From Candidatus Faecousia intestinavium (GTDB lineage Bacteria; Bacillota; Clostridia; Oscillospirales; Oscillospiraceae), in contig DVKV01000094.1 of assembly GCA_018715835.1 (NCBI GenBank), positions 1-58,198 on the forward strand: 58,198 nucleotides of DNA, in the 5' to 3' direction. Positions within the stretch are counted from its first letter, which is position 1; the number at the start of each line of letters is the position of its first letter. This document shows, piece after piece, positions 27,821 to 36,137 of the stretch. A program made the position numbers and the translations under genes. Under the pieces are notes generated by a model, which did no database searches, had not been told where the DNA came from, and worked only from the letters and a program-made list of their open reading frames with translations.

Positions 27821-27866
27821 TTGACCTTTTTTCTCTTTGGCGTTATGCTTATAAAAAAACAACGCC
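27821..27866 (+). promoter_or_regulatory. sigmaA promoter of the selD operon overlapped by a ModE-like operator
   Basis: TTGACC-N17-TATGCT; palindrome GGCGTTAT-N12-ACAACGCC at 27839-27866. Confidence 0.5.
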
Positions 27867-27894
27867 TGCTTTTTCAGGCGTCCGGGAGGTCAAT

Positions 27895-28923
27895 ATGGCA
27901 GAACCGATTTTATTCTGCAAAGGCGGGGGCTGTACCGCCAAGCTGGGCGCCGGGGTACTCAGCCGGATTCTGGAGCGGCTGCCCCGGGGCCCGGAGGACC
28001 CGAACCTGCTCATCGGCTACGACAGCCGGGATGATGCCGCTGTGTATCAGATTGGAGAGGACCTGGCCTTTGTCCAGACCCTGGACTTTTTCCCGCCCAT
28101 GGTGGAAGACCCCTACCTGTTCGGCCAGATTGCCGCTGCCAACGCCCTCAGTGATATCTACGCCATGGGGGGCGAGGTGAAAACCTCCCTGAACATTGTA
28201 TGCTTCCCGGAGAAGATGGATCTGAACGTGCTGGGTCGGATTCTCCAGGGAGGCAGTGAGAAGGTAATCGAGGCCGGGGGCGTGCTGGCGGGAGGACACT
28301 CCATTGCCGACGACGGGGTGAAGTACGGCCTGTCCGTCACCGGGCTGGTTCATCCCAGCCGGATGTACCCCAACAACCAGGGCAGGCCCGGAGACGCCCT
28401 GATTCTCACCAAGCCCCTGGGTGTGGGTATCATCTGCACCGCCAGCCGGGTACACCAGGCCAGCCCGGAGGCCCTGGATGCCGCCATTGCCTCCATGACC
28501 ACATTGAACAAAACCGCCTCGGAGCTGTGCCGGGACTTCCCGGTTCACGCCTGCACCGACGTCACCGGCTTTGGCTTTCTGGGACACCTCCACGAAATGA
28601 TGGACGGCAATCTTTCCTGCCGGATTTACGCCGATCAGGTGCCGGTGTTCTCCCAGGCCCTGGACTACGCCGATGAATTCCTGCTCACCGCCGCCGGGCA
28701 GCGCAACCGGAACCATGTGGGCGAGTATGTCAAGTTTGAGGGGGTCTCCTTCGCCATGGAGGAAGTGCTGTTTGACCCCCAGACCTCCGGCGGGCTGCTG
28801 ATTGCCCTGCCCAAGAAAGATGCTTCCCAGCTGGAAGCTGCCCTGCAAAACGCCGGGCTGTCCGCCGCCATTGTTGGCGAAATTCTGGAAAAAACCGAGC
28901 CCGAGATTTTGGTTACCAAATAA
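27895..28923 (+). CDS. selD: Selenide, water dikinase (Cys-type)
   Basis: GGGCTAK (Cys, no UGA), [34 protein letters not shown] and DPQTSGGLL motifs. Confidence 0.96.
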   Translation: MAEPILFCKGGGCTAKLGAGVLSRILERLPRGPEDPNLLIGYDSRDDAAVYQIGEDLAFVQTLDFFPPMVEDPYLFGQIAAANALSDIYAMGGEVKTSLNIVCFPEKMDLNVLGRILQGGSEKVIEAGGVLAGGHSIADDGVKYGLSVTGLVHPSRMYPNNQGRPGDALILTKPLGVGIICTASRVHQASPEALDAAIASMTTLNKTASELCRDFPVHACTDVTGFGFLGHLHEMMDGNLSCRIYADQVPVFSQALDYADEFLLTAAGQRNRNHVGEYVKFEGVSFAMEEVLFDPQTSGGLLIALPKKDASQLEAALQNAGLSAAIVGEILEKTEPEILVTK

Positions 28924-28938
28924 CAAGGAGAGATTGCC

Positions 28939-29559
28939 ATGATTCATGTAAACGCCATGGGAGACGCCTGTCCCATTCCCGTTGTGAAAACCAAGAACGC
29001 CATCCGGGAGCTGAATGGCCCCGGCGCCGTGGAAACCCTGGTGGATAACGAAATCGCCGTCCAGAACCTGACCAAAATGGCCAACCAGAAGGGCTACGGC
29101 GTGAAGTCCGAAATGCTGGAGCCGGGGAAATTCCGGGTGGTCATGACCATCGGAGAAGGCGTCCAGCCGGACAACACGCTCCCGGAGGAGGAAACCTGCC
29201 TGGTCACCCCCTCCGCCGGGCGGAAAAACACCGTGGTGGTGATCTCCTCTTCCCACATGGGCAGCGGCAGCGACGAGCTGGGTTCCGCTCTGATGAAGGG
29301 ATTTCTGTACGCCCTGAACCAGCAGGACAGCCTGCCCAACACCATTTTGTTCTACAACGGCGGCGCGGCCCTGACCTGCGAAGGCTCTGCCAGTCTGGAG
29401 GATATCCGCTCTCTCCAGGCCCAGGGAGTGGAAATTCTCACCTGCGGCACCTGCCTGAACTACTATGGTCTGACGGAAAAGCTTCAGGTGGGCCAGGTCA
29501 CCAATATGTATGTGATCTGCGAAAAAATGACCCAGGCGGACCTGATTGTCAAGCCCTGA
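28939..29559 (+). CDS. yedF: Selenium metabolism sulfurtransferase-like protein YedF (TusA + DsrE domains)
   Basis: N-terminal GDACPIPVVKTK; C-terminal CGTCLNYY; adjacent to selD. Confidence 0.88.
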   Translation: MIHVNAMGDACPIPVVKTKNAIRELNGPGAVETLVDNEIAVQNLTKMANQKGYGVKSEMLEPGKFRVVMTIGEGVQPDNTLPEEETCLVTPSAGRKNTVVVISSSHMGSGSDELGSALMKGFLYALNQQDSLPNTILFYNGGAALTCEGSASLEDIRSLQAQGVEILTCGTCLNYYGLTEKLQVGQVTNMYVICEKMTQADLIVKP

Positions 29560-29569
29560 GGATTCCAGA

Positions 29570-29806
29570 ATGCGGATCAAGAAACCGGCGCTGGTGGTCA
29601 CCTTCGCCACCGCCGCCGAAGCCATGAAAATGGAAAAATACTGCCTTGCCCGGAACCTTCCCGGCCGGCTGATTCCCACCCCCCAGGAGATTTCCGCCGG
29701 GTGCGGTCTGGCCTGGAAGGCCCCGGAAGACGCCCGGGAACGGCTGGTTTCCGCCATGACGGAGGGGAAAATCCACTGGGAAGATGCCCGGGTGCTGACC
29801 ATCTGA
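29570..29806 (+). CDS. DUF3343 small protein (putative Se/S carrier)
   Basis: VVTF...AMKME...GRLIPTPQEISAGCGLAW motif; selD operon context. Confidence 0.8.
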   Translation: MRIKKPALVVTFATAAEAMKMEKYCLARNLPGRLIPTPQEISAGCGLAWKAPEDARERLVSAMTEGKIHWEDARVLTI

Positions 29807-29819
29807 GGAGAGAAAACCC

Positions 29820-30959
29820 ATGATCTATCTGGATAACGCCGCCACTACCCTGCACAAACCGCCTCAGGTCATTGAGGCCGTGGTGGAGGCCATGCAAACT
29901 CTGGGCAACGCCGCCCGGGGTGCCCACGAAAATTCCCTGCAAGCCTCCCGGATGATCTACGACACCCGGTGCGCTCTGGCAAGGCTCTTTGGATTTTCCC
30001 ACCCGGAGCGGGTGATTTTCACCGCCAACGCCACAGAGTCTCTGAATCTGGCCCTGAACGGCCTGTTTCAACCCGGCGATCATGTAATCACCACGGACCT
30101 GGAACACAATTCCGTGCTCCGGCCCCTGTACCGACTGGAAGATCTGGGGATGATCTCTCTGGATTTTGTTCCGGCAGATCGGATGGGCAACCCGGATTAC
30201 AGCGCCTTTGAAGATCTGATCCGGCCCAACACCCGGGCCATTGTCACCACCCACGCCTCCAACCTCACCGGAAATCTGGTGGATCTGGCCCGGGTCAGCG
30301 CCATTGCCAAATTCCACGGCCTGCTGCTGGTGGTGGACGCCTCCCAGACGGCAGGCAGCATTCCCATTTCCATGGAAGACCTGGGGATTGATCTGCTCTG
30401 CTTCACCGGGCACAAGGGGCTGATGGGCCCCCAGGGAACCGGAGGATTGTGCGTTTCTCCCGGGGTTACCCTCCGGCCCTGGAAGGTGGGCGGCTCCGGC
30501 GTTCACTCCTACAGCCGCACCCAGCCTGAGGACTACCCCACCTGCCTGGAAGCAGGCACCCTGAACGGTCACGGCATTGCCGGGCTCTCGGCGGCGGTGG
30601 ATTTTCTCCTGGAAACCGGGGTAGAGGCCATCGCCCGGCGGGAGCAGGAGCTGACTCTCCGGTTTTACAGGGGTGTGAAAGACATTCCCGGGGTCACCGT
30701 GTACGGAGACTTCTCCCAGCCCCAGCGGGCCGCCATTGTGGCATTGAATCTGGAAAATGAGGATTCCGGGCAGGTGGCCGACGCCCTAATGGAGGACTTT
30801 GGCATTGCCGTCCGCTCCGGTGCCCACTGCGCCCCCCGGATGCACCAGGCTCTGGGCACCCAGAACCAGGGAGCCGTCCGGTTCAGCTTCTCCTTGTTCA
30901 CCACAGAAGCGGAAATTGACGCCGCCGTTGCCGCCCTGGCCCAGTTGGCAGAAAACTGA
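29820..30959 (+). CDS. Cysteine desulfurase / selenocysteine lyase-like class V PLP enzyme
   Basis: YLDNAATT, EHNSV, DASQ, FTGHKGLMGPQG and RSGAHCAP motifs. Confidence 0.9.
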   Translation: MIYLDNAATTLHKPPQVIEAVVEAMQTLGNAARGAHENSLQASRMIYDTRCALARLFGFSHPERVIFTANATESLNLALNGLFQPGDHVITTDLEHNSVLRPLYRLEDLGMISLDFVPADRMGNPDYSAFEDLIRPNTRAIVTTHASNLTGNLVDLARVSAIAKFHGLLLVVDASQTAGSIPISMEDLGIDLLCFTGHKGLMGPQGTGGLCVSPGVTLRPWKVGGSGVHSYSRTQPEDYPTCLEAGTLNGHGIAGLSAAVDFLLETGVEAIARREQELTLRFYRGVKDIPGVTVYGDFSQPQRAAIVALNLENEDSGQVADALMEDFGIAVRSGAHCAPRMHQALGTQNQGAVRFSFSLFTTEAEIDAAVAALAQLAEN

Positions 30960-31002
30960 AAACCGCCGCTGCTGCCGATTTTTCTGGCAGCAGCGGCGGT
31001 TT
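30960..31002. terminator. Bidirectional terminator
   Basis: AAACCGCCGCTGCTGCC / GGCAGCAGCGGCGGTTT. Confidence 0.75.
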
Positions 31003-31029
31003 CTTTCGCAGTAGATTGGATGATGATTT

Positions 31030-31416
31030 TTACCGATGATGACCCTGGCGACCTCCGTGGCAGCCTTCGGAAAGGCCGGCGGACGGTCTGCCCCGGGCAT
31101 AGGCACACCCGCTTCCGGCATAGTCGCACACCCCGTCTCCATTCCGGTCTCCCTGGCATCCATCCTCATCCCAGGCAGCACCGCAGCGATCACAGATACC
31201 ATCTGCGTCCAGATCTCCCCAGCATTCCTCTTCTGCGCAGATCGTTTCCCGTCGGTCACAGACACCATTTTGATCTTCGTCTGCATAGGCACAGTAAGTG
31301 CCGGTGCAGTCCCCCTGTCCCAGGCCACAGCCGTTTCTGCCTGCGGCGGAAACCGTGGTCACCAGCGCCCCCAGGGTCAGCGCTGCGGCAAGGACGCCCA
31401 GAATCCATTTTTTCAT
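31030..31416 (-). CDS. Small secreted Cys/Asp-rich protein with three DxD/NxD/NGxCD repeats
   Basis: Signal peptide MKKWILG...VSA; motifs DEDQNGVCD, DLDADGICD, DRNGDGVCD; RBS AAGGAG. Confidence 0.75.
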   Translation of the reverse strand: MKKWILGVLAAALTLGALVTTVSAAGRNGCGLGQGDCTGTYCAYADEDQNGVCDRRETICAEEECWGDLDADGICDRCGAAWDEDGCQGDRNGDGVCDYAGSGCAYARGRPSAGLSEGCHGGRQGHHR

Positions 31417-31457
31417 ATTGAATTCTCCTTCCATGATTGTGAGATCTTCCTCATTTT

Positions 31458-32285
31458 TTACAGATTCAGCAGAATCAGGGCCAGCAGGATCACACCCAGC
31501 CCAAGCCACTGTCTGCGCTCCAGACGTTCCCGGAACGCCGCCGCCCCGATCAGGCTCACCGCCAGGATGGTTCCGGCGCTGTAAGTGGGGTATACCAGCA
31601 CCGCCGGCAGATGGGTCAGGGCCCGGAGCAGAAAGAACACCGAGCCGTAGTTGGGAATGCCCACCAGGCAGCCATACAGGATTTCCCGCCATCCCAGCTT
31701 CTCCCGGCGGTAAACCATCATCCCCAGGCTCACCACCAGGGCCACCAGGAAGGTAATCAGCAGAAACCATCCATCCAGATTCCGGCTTCCCGTCTGTTCA
31801 AAGATTTTGGCCAGGCTGTCGGTCAGTCCGTTGCACAGCAGCAGGATCAACAGACCGCCCCGGCTGGCAGCTTTCCCGGGCTGCCCGGCCCGCAGCATCC
31901 AGATGGCGCCGCAGGCCAGCAGAAATCCCAGCATCTGCACCCCGGAGGGAATCTCCCCGAAGGCTGCCACCGCAAACACCATGGGCACAATCAGTCCCAG
32001 CCGGGCAAAGGTTGCCGACAGGATCACCCCGTTTTTCCGGATGTTGGCCTGCAAAATCACCAGCGTCAGCAGATACATCACACCCTGGGCCGCTCCCAGC
32101 CCCAAGGCGGAGCCGTAACCGTTCTGAGGGAATGCCTTTACCGGCATGGCAAGGAATGCCAGCAGGGCAGCGGAAGCGTAATTCATGGCGAACCGGGCGT
32201 ACATCCCCCGGCTCCGGGCTTCCCCGATTCGCAGCATGGCAGACACCGCCGCGCTGGAGCCAATGGCCAGCAGCAAATCCAGCAT
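31458..32285 (-). CDS. EamA/DMT family transporter
   Basis: About 10 TM helices in two repeats, FGE and FRERL motifs; start at ATG 32285. Confidence 0.85.
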   Translation of the reverse strand: MLDLLLAIGSSAAVSAMLRIGEARSRGMYARFAMNYASAALLAFLAMPVKAFPQNGYGSALGLGAAQGVMYLLTLVILQANIRKNGVILSATFARLGLIVPMVFAVAAFGEIPSGVQMLGFLLACGAIWMLRAGQPGKAASRGGLLILLLCNGLTDSLAKIFEQTGSRNLDGWFLLITFLVALVVSLGMMVYRREKLGWREILYGCLVGIPNYGSVFFLLRALTHLPAVLVYPTYSAGTILAVSLIGAAAFRERLERRQWLGLGVILLALILLNL

Positions 32286-32358
32286 AAAGATTTTCTCCTT
32301 CTTCTCTTTTCCGGTTTCAGTATACCAACCCCGGCGGAGCAAGTCAATCCGCACAAAC

Positions 32359-32394
32359 AAAAAGCGGGCGCACCCAAAGGTGCGCCCGAATTTT
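32359..32394 (-). terminator. Intrinsic terminator closing the phage-like operon
   Basis: Minus strand CGGGCGCACC-TTTG-GGTGCGCCCG-CTTTTT, 8 nt after the last stop codon. Confidence 0.8.
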
Positions 32395-32396
32395 AT

Positions 32397-32759
32397 TTAC
32401 TTTGGAACAACTCCGTTTGCCAATGCCCCGGTGAAGGTAAACTTGTAGCTGATGCAGTTGTCCTCCGGTTCCTGGGTCATTTCCAACCCGGTGAAATAGC
32501 AGTAAAAAATGCCCCAGATCGGGTGATCCAGATTTCCCGGCAGCGGACTGGCAAAGATCTTCATCAGTTCCTTGTAGTAGTCAAAGGCCTTTTCCCCATA
32601 AAAGACTCCGCTTCCCGTGATGGTCCGCTTCAGATCTCCCATCTTGTCGAAGTAGGTCACCCCATCCTGGGTGTAGTACTGGGGTTCCCGGACCACTTCT
32701 TCTTTGTATGTGGTGGGATTCTGGGGCCAGACAAAGGTTTTATAGCTTAAAAAGTCCAA
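32397..32759 (-). CDS. Phage tail/baseplate initiator-like protein (resembles the Mu DNA-circularisation N-terminal domain)
   Basis: TTG start behind GGAGGT; WPQNP...GDLKRTITGSGVF...GNLDHPIWG...ISYKFTF pattern; family assignment is by eye. Confidence 0.5.
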   Translation of the reverse strand: MDFLSYKTFVWPQNPTTYKEEVVREPQYYTQDGVTYFDKMGDLKRTITGSGVFYGEKAFDYYKELMKIFASPLPGNLDHPIWGIFYCYFTGLEMTQEPEDNCISYKFTFTGALANGVVPK

Positions 32760-32760
32760 A

Positions 32761-33468
32761 TTATGCCTGTACCTCCTCTCTCAGAAAAGCAAAACCCGTG
32801 CGAATCCGCCGGATTCCCTTTCCGCTGAACTCCCGGCGGATCTGGGTCCAGCGGCAGCCGGTATATTGTTCGGTTTTTTGATCCGTGACAACCTGCAAGG
32901 TGAATTCGCCCTCGGGTTCCGGGGCCTCCACCGAACCCACAGGAATCAGTTCTTCCAGCTGAATGTTCCAGCCTCGTTTTCTCTGGCTGACGCCCTTGCC
33001 CAAGTATTCCCCGGTGGCGTATTCCGCCTGAATGCCTGTGGTCTCCTCTTCCTGAAAGCTGATGGCGTAGCGCAGCAGTTCGTCTCCCATATAGACATAG
33101 AAGCCAGGCCACACCTTGCACTGATCCGCCTCGGTTACGCCGTTGAAGGTGGCCAGGATGTCCACCACATACACCTGTGCAATGCCGTCATAGCGGCATC
33201 CGTTCTGGACGCACACCGCCTTGTTCCAGCGCAGGATTTCCGTGACCCGCAGGGCTTCCATTTCACACTGGGTGCCGCCTACGGACGCAGGACAGATTAC
33301 GCTGACCTCCACCGTCACCAGCAGATTGGCCCGGTCCACCGAATTGATGTGCACCGTCACCACCGGACCGGTGATGGTGGGAAATTTCTGCCCCGGATAA
33401 GCAATGTCCGCCGTCAGGCCCTGCTGGCGCAGACACCGCAGCACATATTCTAGGATTGAGTACCCCAT
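32761..33468 (-). CDS. Phage tail-completion/tube-like protein (possible two-domain fusion)
   Basis: Position after the head-closure gene; beta-rich C-half with YTGCRW; coupled to neighbouring genes. Confidence 0.45.
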   Translation of the reverse strand: MGYSILEYVLRCLRQQGLTADIAYPGQKFPTITGPVVTVHINSVDRANLLVTVEVSVICPASVGGTQCEMEALRVTEILRWNKAVCVQNGCRYDGIAQVYVVDILATFNGVTEADQCKVWPGFYVYMGDELLRYAISFQEEETTGIQAEYATGEYLGKGVSQRKRGWNIQLEELIPVGSVEAPEPEGEFTLQVVTDQKTEQYTGCRWTQIRREFSGKGIRRIRTGFAFLREEVQA

Positions 33469-33794
33469 GTATCATTCACACCCTTCTCTACGCATAGTGC
33501 CCACCGGTACAGCGGTTCGTTGCCGTAGTAGAATATTTCCGCCCGACGCAGCAGGTAGGTCTTTTCCCCCAGGGAGAGGGTATCCCCCTCCCGGATTTCC
33601 AGATCCGCCGGCCCCAGGTACACGTACTGTCCCCGAAAGATTTCTCCCAGCAAGGTGGCCTCACTTTCCATACTCTGCCAGCTTTTGGAGTTCACCGCCC
33701 AGAAAAAGCCCCGAACCGTTGCCGTTCCCTCCGGATTGGAAAGGGTCATATCCGTCCCGAAGCGATTCATTACCGACGCTACCCGTTCCCGCAT
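33450..33794 (-). CDS. Putative head-closure (stopper) protein
   Basis: 114 aa, beta-rich, second gene after the capsid; IREGDTL motif. Confidence 0.55.
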   Translation of the reverse strand: MRERVASVMNRFGTDMTLSNPEGTATVRGFFWAVNSKSWQSMESEATLLGEIFRGQYVYLGPADLEIREGDTLSLGEKTYLLRRAEIFYYGNEPLYRWALCVEKGVNDTWGTQS

Positions 33795-33795
33795 A

Positions 33796-34158
33796 TCACA
33801 CCCCCGTAAAGGCGAAGCTGTCCTTCATGTACGGCGCCATCAGTTCCCGGGCCTGACGCCGCAGCCCCTCCGCCTGTGTCTTCACGCCGGAGCTGTCCTG
33901 CTGGATGGTCAGATCGCCCGCCCGCAGCTGCTGCACCGACTGACTCTCCTCCGTCTCCCGGAACCCCGCCAGAGCATACAGCCCGGCAGCCAGAACGAAG
34001 ACGCTTTCACAGTCCTCGGGAGTCAGGCCCTCTTTCAGTCTGGCTGCCAGAGCCTCAGCAGAAACCGTACACATGGCACGCAGCAATTCTTCCCGGCTCT
34101 CCTCCAACGTTCCCGCCAGCGCCTGGGCCTGGAGGAACACCTGTTCCTCCAGCATCAT
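33796..34158 (-). CDS. Putative head-tail adaptor protein
   Basis: 120 aa helical protein right after the capsid gene; LRAGDLTI and ELMAPY motifs like gp6/gp15 adaptors. Confidence 0.6.
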   Translation of the reverse strand: MMLEEQVFLQAQALAGTLEESREELLRAMCTVSAEALAARLKEGLTPEDCESVFVLAAGLYALAGFRETEESQSVQQLRAGDLTIQQDSSGVKTQAEGLRRQARELMAPYMKDSFAFTGV

Positions 34159-35180
34159 ACGTTCAGCACACAGGCCGCCCCGGTGCAGATCTTGCCGAAG
34201 CCGGCAATGGAGGTGATGGCTGCCCGCTCCAGCTGCCGGTCAATCAGTTTGTCGTACTCCACCAGAACGTCGCCCGCCCGGACCTGCTCCAGGGCATACC
34301 GGTTGTCCAGACCGATGATGACCCCGTCCGCCACGGCGCTGGTGCGGTGCAGCTGGGCGCCCAGGGGCGTGGTCAGCTTGCCGGTACCCTGGAAATTCAG
34401 ACCGGTCAGGGGGTTCTGCAGTTCGGGAATTTTCAGCATCTTGGTCATGCAGCCGGTGGAACACAGCAGGGTGTTCATGGTGAAGGGGTCGAACTGGCCC
34501 CAGAATTCCACCAGCTGATCATAGCCCAGAGTGCCCTTGGTACCGCTGATGGGCGTGGTGCCGATGGTGTACTGGACGGCGGCATTGTCGTTGTCGTCGC
34601 CGTTGATCAGCACATCCACGGCGTCGGAGAGCTGCTGCTTCTGGATGTGGGCGCCGATCTGGCGCAGCATCACGCTGAACAGGTCCAGCTTTTGGAATCG
34701 GATGGCCTCATAGGAAGCCACCAGCATCCGTCCCCGCTTGCTCAGGCTGATCAGATGTTCCTTGGTCTTGACTTCGGTTTCGGGGATGGTACCGCCTTCT
34801 TCCACGTCCTTGAGTTCCTTGTCGTCATCGGTGGGAACGGAGTAGATGGACCGGTAGTCCATGGCGTCGATGATGGTGGTGGTTGCGGTGATGGCAGGCA
34901 GGATGTCATTTTCCTCCATGCCCTGGCGCACCGTCCGGGCAATGTATTCGGGGAACAGTACCGCGGAATCCATAGTCCGGAAGAATTTCTCCACCGGGGA
35001 GGACCCGGCGCCCTTGGCCCGGATGCCGAACCGCTTCAGCTGCCGCTGGAAAGCGTCGGTGCCCTCCAGGGCCGTACCCCGGTAGTTTTCGCTGGGGTCC
35101 AGAGATTCCAGCACCTGGGTAAAGCTCATTCCCTCCTGCCGGTACATTCCTTTTTCCAGTCTCAGATTGTCATAACCCAT
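34155..35180 (-). CDS. Major capsid protein (HK97 fold)
   Basis: 341 aa; LFPEYIAR, VEEGGTIPE, KRGRMLVASYE and INGD motifs; position after the protease/scaffold gene. Confidence 0.85.
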   Translation of the reverse strand: MGYDNLRLEKGMYRQEGMSFTQVLESLDPSENYRGTALEGTDAFQRQLKRFGIRAKGAGSSPVEKFFRTMDSAVLFPEYIARTVRQGMEENDILPAITATTTIIDAMDYRSIYSVPTDDDKELKDVEEGGTIPETEVKTKEHLISLSKRGRMLVASYEAIRFQKLDLFSVMLRQIGAHIQKQQLSDAVDVLINGDDNDNAAVQYTIGTTPISGTKGTLGYDQLVEFWGQFDPFTMNTLLCSTGCMTKMLKIPELQNPLTGLNFQGTGKLTTPLGAQLHRTSAVADGVIIGLDNRYALEQVRAGDVLVEYDKLIDRQLERAAITSIAGFGKICTGAACVLNV

Positions 35181-35210
35181 TTTTCAAATTCCTCCTTGAA
35201 TCATTCCGAA

Positions 35211-36101
35211 TTAAATCAGAAAGCCGCTTTCCACGGCTTCATCCTTCCCGTTGGGGCCTTCCAGCTGCCGCAATACAGGCAGCATCTGGTTGACCCGATC
35301 CTCCAGGGCCTCTTTCAGGGCCAGCAGATCCTCCGCCCGGGCGGTGGTGGCAATGCCCCGGAGCACCGGCTCCGGCGCCCCCAGATCCAGGGTCAGCCCT
35401 AGCCGGACCACGCTGTCCTGGAGCTGCCGCTGATACTGCTTTCCCAGCTCCGCCTGAGCTTTCAGAGCCTGGTATTCCTTCTGCACGCCGAAGCGCTCCG
35501 CCAGTTCCTTCAGGGATTTGTTTCCCATGCCCTTCAGCACTCCGGCCTCCCGCTGGGCGGGCACCGCCACAAAGGAAAACTCATAGGCGTCCATAGGTTC
35601 CCGCAAGACAACGCAGCACAGCTGACCGTCGTAGTGTTCTCCCTTCTGGTGACCGCAGCTGCCGTAATCGCTGCCGCAGATGGAGCAGACCGCCCGGCCC
35701 ATGGCGCAGCCCACGGAAACCTCCTTTTTGATTCCCGCCTCAATATCGGCAATCAGGCTGTCGTTGTCCTCACCCCGGCGGATGTAGGCCCAGGCCTTAA
35801 TGTAGCTGACGCCCTCCTCCTGAACCACCTGGGTCTCGAAAATCCGGGCGATCTGGTTTTCCGCGCTCCAGCAGTGATCCACAATTCCGGTTTTCCCCCG
35901 GAACAGCCGTGCCAGTTCCGGCAGGGCCATGGTGTCGAAGCGTTCAAAATCCCGGTCTACCTGATCGTCGCACAGCCGGAGGGAGAACACATACACCTGC
36001 TCCGGCTCCAGCTGCGCTTTTGCCAGCGCATTGATGGCCGCCAGCTGTACCGGATTGGGCACGCCGTGATTCACCGCCTCCGCCGCTTTTGTAACCTGCA
36101 A
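35211..36101 (-). CDS. Prohead protease-scaffold fusion with Cys/His insert
   Basis: VDRDFERF, DH, EVSVG and EFSFVAVPAQ (HK97-type protease motifs); CSICG...CGH insert; helical C-terminus. TTG start at 36101 behind AGGAGG; ATG 36119 is an alternative. Confidence 0.7.
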   Translation of the reverse strand: MQVTKAAEAVNHGVPNPVQLAAINALAKAQLEPEQVYVFSLRLCDDQVDRDFERFDTMALPELARLFRGKTGIVDHCWSAENQIARIFETQVVQEEGVSYIKAWAYIRRGEDNDSLIADIEAGIKKEVSVGCAMGRAVCSICGSDYGSCGHQKGEHYDGQLCCVVLREPMDAYEFSFVAVPAQREAGVLKGMGNKSLKELAERFGVQKEYQALKAQAELGKQYQRQLQDSVVRLGLTLDLGAPEPVLRGIATTARAEDLLALKEALEDRVNQMLPVLRQLEGPNGKDEAVESGFLI

Positions 36102-36137
36102 CTTAAAAACCTCCTTCATGTGAATGCTGATCTATGT

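Noticed and set aside
27895-30959. Selenocysteine (UGA) recoding in selD or its neighbours
   Set aside because: The SelD active-site codon is TGT (Cys), and the TGA codons ending yedF, DUF3343 and the desulfurase fall at normal family C-termini.
24214-31030. tRNA-anchored integrative island carrying the Se cluster
   Set aside because: No integrase, and I found no duplicated tRNA 3' end downstream by eye.
34155-35180. Encapsulin nanocompartment
   Set aside because: The capsid gene comes with portal, terminases and neck proteins, which indicates DNA packaging, not protein cargo.
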